DNA of 63,742 bases, filler included, from Choristocarpus tenellus KU-1152 (Eukaryota; Protista; Phaeophyceae), in NCBI GenBank assembly GCA_964200185.2. It is 10 parts of 10 records of this genome, joined end to end, with 100 filler letters (N's around TTAATTAATTAA, not from the genome) between each part and the next. Parts side by side here need not be neighbours in the genome. Positions count along the whole stretch, not along the records: positions 53,247 to 61,085 come from CAXNAD020005503.1; positions 61,186 to 63,742 come from CAXNAD020026805.1; 8 more parts are not named here. One strand, written 5' to 3'. Made by a program: the position numbers and the translations under genes. Below, in pieces: positions 57,996 to 63,742 of the stretch. Position 1 is the first letter of the stretch; every line of letters starts with the position of its first letter. Below the pieces are notes generated by a model that was not told the DNA's origin, searched no databases, and saw only the letters and a list, made by a program, of their open reading frames with translations.

Positions 57996-58698
57996 CTACT
58001 AAGGTAAATGAGAGGCTACTGCATGGATTCGATGGACAAGTTCACGGTTTTATCCACAATGTGTGTACTTTGACCGCAGAAACAATGCGAGTGCATCGAA
58101 GCGCAGTGAATGTAAGCTCAAGTCAAATTGCCTAGTACTCCTTTTCTACCTCCTCAAGTTTCCTCTGTTGAATGAGATGCTCATACGTTGGCTCGTTGGA
58201 CAAGTTCACGGTTGTATTCATGTGTATGCATTTGTGACCTCAAAACCAATGAAGAGTACTACTGTGGTCTGAGCCTTGATCAGATATCAGCAACCGACAC
58301 CTCGATGATTAATCGAACGTACTGATAGAGGGATGAGAGTTCACACCTGTGCTCGAAATCCTGATTCCAGACCTCGTTCAGTGGTGTATAATCGCTTTGA
58401 CTGGGGTCGTGTGAATTGCTCAAATCTTTCTGTCCTTCAAAAATATCTTGAGTCAAAGTACCGAATAAGAACGCCCAATATCATCGGTGTGTAACTCCCA
58501 GACATCTCAACATCCCTTCAACAACAACAACCTCACCCCATCATCGCCCACACCACAATCAATGTGATGCTAAGGATGCATGTTTGTTGAAAGAGAGCGA
58601 TGAACTATTTCGTCAGATGAACTTCAACTTGGTTGGCCTTGAGGACAGAGTAAGTGAGCAATTGACTCAACGATTACACAAAGAAAGACCTAGAAGTC

Positions 58699-60377
58699 AT
58701 GGATGTCATCTTCGATGTGGTGATTTCGGAGCCATTTACCCTGGATGTGGAATCAGATCGCTCTGTTTTCCTGTCGTGGGTCCGGGGACTCTCGCAGAAG
58801 GCCGTGGTAGGCCAACGGCTGGCAGTGTTTAGAGATGAGGTGAGTAGTGCAAACTTCTTAAGAGTTGAAAGTCCTCGGCCCACGTTGATTCTCGTTTCGA
58901 CCAATCTGCTGTTTCTTACTGTCATGGAGCGCAATGTAATCCCTCTGAATATCTTATTCAGAGTCTCAGAGATGATAGTATTCTACCTCCTTTTATGTGG
59001 TCATCTGTTTTCCGAAGCAATATTTGCAATGATCGCAACACATTTTGGATGGGTACGTTTGGAAATCACCCAAAGCTATTATCACACCCGCGTTGGGCTC
59101 TCGTACCCGAGATATTAATGGGATACCTCACCTATCTCGTCTGCAGCGTAAGGGATCTCTCAAGGCACAGCCTCATACTACCAAACCACACCTCTCCTTG
59201 GCTACCGGTCTGCTTTTTCTGTTGATTGCATTTTTCTGTGGGTGCAGGTGGCGAAGAGCAGCGCCCGCATCGGGAAAATACCAGGACTGCAGCTCTCCTT
59301 CAGGAGGAGGGGTTCCACAGCGGAGGAGACACCACAGGTTGGTTGGCTGGCTTCCTGCCCAAGAAACATTTTGGTTCCTGGACCGGATAGTCAGGATGTT
59401 GGCTGGTGTCACCTGGTGCTACAACATATGAATAGAACCAGTGATGCGTTGCACAGTGTAGTGGAAAATACGATCAACACCTTGTGTACTGGTTACTGAA
59501 ATGAGGATCAAACATTTGTGATTGAGGGGTGGATTGCATGCAACCTACATGTCTTCTCTGGACCTCTTGCTGAGCATCGACTTCTGGACAATGTTCAATG
59601 TTTGTTATGAACAGATTTAAGAATCACAAGGCAATAACTGCTGTGTGCTTTTGTTATGCTTACCATTGCCTCTCACCTCCGTACCCCTGAATGCATTGCG
59701 TCATAGAAGAAACCAAGAAGGAAGAGGTGGTAGGAAATCAAACCCAACCCACAATTTCCCGAGCACTATTCAACTCCATCCCAATCCTAACCCTAACGCT
59801 AACCTTTATTAGGCAAGTCTCGGGGCCTTTGCAGTATCACGGAATGTATGCTGATGTGATTGCACGAGAATGTGTAGCCAGGTAGCCCGGCAATGTAACA
59901 GAGTCTTAAAAGGCTCAACAACCTTGAAACCTGAATAACGAAAACTAAGTTCATGGTGTCAACCATCTACCTCACCAGTAAGACCCCTTCGCACACAGTT
60001 TCAAATCACAGAATCGCTACTTCAATTGGCTGAGCTGTTACTCACCCCAACACCCACTTTATCAAGTCACAAAATGTTGAACCACTGCATCCAATATATC
60101 CCCAGGAAAAAACTATTAAGTTTTTTGTTGTTGTTGAAGTTTGCCTTCCTTGGCAAGGCATCTGTAGCAGTGTGCATTGCGTTGAGAATAATCCAGGGGG
60201 CAACTGATGAGTTCGTATGCATTTATTTTTTTTCATGCGTTTCAATGACTTTTTTTTTTTTCTTTTTTATGGCAGGAAGAGGCGTCGATGCAACAATCTC
60301 AGCTTGAAGCTCTTTTTCAGAAGGATACAGACGACCTTTTCAGGGTGTTCGATATCTTGAAGCATTACCTCTGTCAG
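58699..60377 (+). CDS. Hypothetical spliced gene, 5' part; exons 58699-58839, 59248-59337, 60276-60377
   Basis: MDVIFDVVISEPF...AVFRDE|gtgagt; gcag|VAKSSARIGKIPGLQLSF...TPQ|gt; poly-T gcag|EEASMQQSQLEALFQKDTDDLFRVFDILKHYLCQ|gt. All joins are phase 0 and open. Confidence 0.55.
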
Positions 60378-62199
60378 GTGCTGATCATGAGTACGAGTAC
60401 TTCACTTCTTCCGCACGACTTGAACTTTGTAACGGTTTTCAGATTTTGTATGTAGAAGGCGTTATCCTCACTACTGTGTTGCCTGTAGTGGACATGTTTG
60501 CCCCCCTGAAATGCTGGTTGTGTGACTGTGTGCCTGCATCACAACTGTTGTCCCGATACTCCGACACAAAGCTCCATGGCCCACTTTAGAAGCCGTTGTT
60601 GTTGTACAGGTACATGCTGTTCTTCGATGAACCCCCTTCCATTTCAGGACCAGACAAGATAGTTCCGAAAGTGACTGGTTGGGGATCACGTATATTTGAC
60701 CGTCGGGCTCTCAGAGTTTTTTTTTTTGGCCCTATTGGACAAACATGACGTTCCTCCTCGGGGTGTGGCGAACAGACACATGTTCAGAAAGGAAGCATAC
60801 GGGCTCGGACAGGACCCTGTGATCGTGGCTGCCTTAACATGCACAGGGGTTGCCGTAGAGTTGCACCGGGCTCTGTGTGTTATGTGTGTGTTATGTGTAT
60901 GTTTATGATTATGTGTATGTATGTGTGTGTGTGTGTGTGTGTTTATATATATACATTCCTAATTTTCTGGCTTGTGGCTGCAGGTTTAAAAAAAAACGAT
61001 TCTGAGAAGTAAGGGTCGTATGGGGCGTGAGAAGCACCTAGATATGTCCGCGCGCGGGGGGGGGGGGGGGGGGGGTGGGGGGGGGNNNNNNNNNNNNNNN
61101 NNNNNNNNNNNNNNNNNNNNNNNNNNNNNTTAATTAATTAANNNNNNNNNNNNNNNNNNNNNNNNNNNNNNNNNNNNNNNNNNNNCCTGGTGTAGAACTC
61201 CCCCCCCCCCAGATACTTTGGGTCTGAATCTCCTCATACTTCTTCTCCTGTTCTTTTCCTCAAACACACATCGATGCAGAAACCTTGGAGCTCAGGACAC
61301 GGACTAGGCACCACACCTACGCTGAAGTTGTCACTTGAATTACCATAATCAGACACCGTGGGTTTGAAAAGCCTTAGGTACATTCTGTCACTGAGGAGTC
61401 CGAAGGAAGATCATGCTCTTCCTTTGTCACAAAAGTTGGTCTTATTTCATGACTCACCTTGCTGTTGAGGCCCTTAGCAGGACAGGAAGAGAGGAGCAAG
61501 ACGGCGAGTGTAAGGGGTTAGTTTCAGAAATGCGTGAGGCTCACCATCATGTTGTGGTATGTGCCATATGTCCACACCCATCTCACCGTTGAGGAATTAC
61601 TTTGTCTCAACGTACATATACTGTGCTGTGAGATATATAACAATCGCCCGTGCTAGGTTGGCGTGTGGCAAGTCTCCGTGTGAGGAGTTGTGTGCTTCTG
61701 CGCGGTGGGCTACATCTGAAGGGGTGAGTGGCCACTCACTCCACGCTAACAGTAATGCATTCCACAGGTAGGATACGGAATCTCCCTCAACTACAACAGG
61801 GAGGGGTACAAGATGGTATGGGTGGAGTCTATCCCTAACCAAGCAGGGCCCAACAAGTGCAACAACAAATCTACTCCACAGTAGTAGCCCCAATCTCCAT
61901 GTAAGGGAGACTGCTTGGTTGGAGAGGTGGCTGTATGCTCTGAAACCTCAGCAATATTTGCACCAAGTCAGGTTAGTGTGGTGCATTTGCCAAGCCGAAA
62001 TGTAAATGGAGGGATTTTCCCACTTCAAGCTGGTTCCAAGCAACACGCAGAGTATAACCTGACTAGTGGGTTACAAGCTACGCCACTCCCAGAGAAATAG
62101 GACGAGAGGTGCCCCCAGACTGTCAGTGTAGCTTAAGTAGACTCCGAGAAAAACACATTCCTGTATTACCTTCTGAGGACAGAGCTTCATGGTAAGCGA

Positions 62200-63545
62200 C
62201 CATTAGCTAACAAAGGGATGGCTTTGCAACCTCCGTCATCGTCCCTCCATTGGTTATGGAATCATTCGGCAAATACCCACATGTCATCTCATTCTAGCAA
62301 TTGCGATGAAGCTCACCAATTGCTCTTCTCTCTTTTGCAACAGCCGAAGGAGTTTCTTGAGCTTTGGCGAAGCTAGTGACATAAGGTTCCACGTTGTCAA
62401 CACTGTGAATAATAGCAGAGGGGCATTATTTTCACGGAGGCAGAGTATTCTTTGTTTGTCTAACCGTGTGTGCGACCGCGAAGTTTGGTTGCTTTTCTGA
62501 TGGTACAGTGGTAATACTACACGATTCTCCAATGATCTGTTCAACACTGACACGCGTACAATGAAACAAACTAGCTGTTTTCTTGCCCCAACGAGAACAA
62601 CACCAAGCCTATCAATGTTACACACATCTACAGGATATAGGGCATACCCCATGCCTTCAAAACGTATTATCGGTGTCTGTACAGTGCATCACAATGTACA
62701 GGATGTTGGGTGATGAAGTGCACACTTCGCCTTAAGCATCCGTGCCGTATCAAAAACAAAGTCGAGGGCTAGGGACTTCTCCCCGTACCGCTGCTGTCGT
62801 TGAAGGACTGCAAGGATTTTCTGTTAAAACCTGAATCGAATGCATCGTACTTCTGAGTAAAATGCGTAGTCTGCGGTGCGAGGATAAATTGTAGTGCTGC
62901 AAAGCAGCGATGAGTAAAATCCATAGTCTGTGATGGAAAGGGAAGTCATGGTGCTGCAAAGCACCGATGTATTTATTCTGTTGTAACTGAGGTCATTGAT
63001 CGCTCAGTCAAGAATCATGTGATGTGAGTTCAGTGTTCTTTCATGAGATACTCAACGAAAGAAGTCTATGCTCTGTGGAGAGGCTGGTGGTTACCTTGCC
63101 GAACAAGGATTTCCGTCAATGGTTTAACTCTGAATATATAACATCCACAGGCGTGCATCAGGTACACCTATTGCAGAGTGGCCTTGTTGTATTTTGAGGG
63201 GGCAATGACAACCAAGAAAGAAATAATAATCAACAATTAACGTACAACTGCTGTCTTATCATGCAAGAAGAAGAGAGAGAAAACAGAAAAAGGCAAGCAA
63301 TAGAACAACAGAATAAGCTTGAATCAATATGTGATGCAAATCAATTAGTGACGCATACTTATTCCTGTGTGTGGGATTCGGACGGACTGTTCTGTAGTGG
63401 GGTGTTTCTACGGTACTTGATGTGGTGATGATGAACTAGTGACAGTAACGACCAGTGCGTAACGGACCAATCAACATTCAGTATTGACTTGTCGAACTAT
63501 ATCGTATCAAGAAAAATAAATGAGTAGCCCATGTTTTAACACATA
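62200..63545 (-). mobile_element. Probable decayed retroelement: shared repeat (63035-63545) plus degenerate coding DNA with a ~57-bp tandem at ~62855-62970
   Basis: Homologous to 30060-30555. No diagnostic domain was recognised. Confidence 0.4.
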
Positions 63546-63642
63546 CGCTTTTGACCTCCTAACAAGGGGCTCAGATATCATGCAGATCCAGGCGCTGGAC
63601 CAGAACAATATTCAAGCAACTAAAAATAGTCCTTTGAGATCT

Positions 63643-63742
63643 GACCCAAAGTATCTGGGAGGGGGGGGGGGCCTAGACCAGGTTGTCCATTTAGACCAAA
63701 ATCAGGAAAAGTGCATTTACAGTATCCCCCCGACGTATGCAA
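63643..63742 (-). mobile_element. G-tract MITE (family B), cut by window end
   Basis: GACCCAAAGTATCTGGGAGGGG...GTCCATTTAGACCAAAATCAGGAAAAGTGCA. Confidence 0.75.

Overview
This is eukaryotic DNA, most likely from a photosynthetic stramenopile such as a brown alga. The evidence is kb-sized GT-AG introns, short exons, a signal peptide plus ASAFAP-type bipartite plastid presequence, and TTAGGG-type repeats. The window is not one continuous locus. It is ten contigs joined by nine artificial 100-bp spacers (N44-TTAATTAATTAA-N44), so gene neighbourhood across spacers means nothing. Recognisable host genes: a plastid thioredoxin (3' end missing), 7 internal exons of beta-adaptin (AP-1/AP-2 beta), a complete 2-exon Bet1-like Qc-SNARE, 5 exons of an SR-protein kinase, and a HIRAN-domain DNA-repair gene with a PIP box. 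Several partial spliced genes have no recognisable function. The rest is rich in transposable elements: 11 copies of a ~260-bp GAG...CTC MITE, a related G-tract MITE, a full-length but decayed DD39D-type mariner, an in-frame deleted pogo, and Gypsy, Copia and LINE relics. The least explained signal is a multi-copy family of decayed intronless ORFs on two contigs, which may be an endogenous virus or an unclassified TE. I found no well-supported novel multi-gene system. The candidates below are leads only, and all alignments were done by eye.
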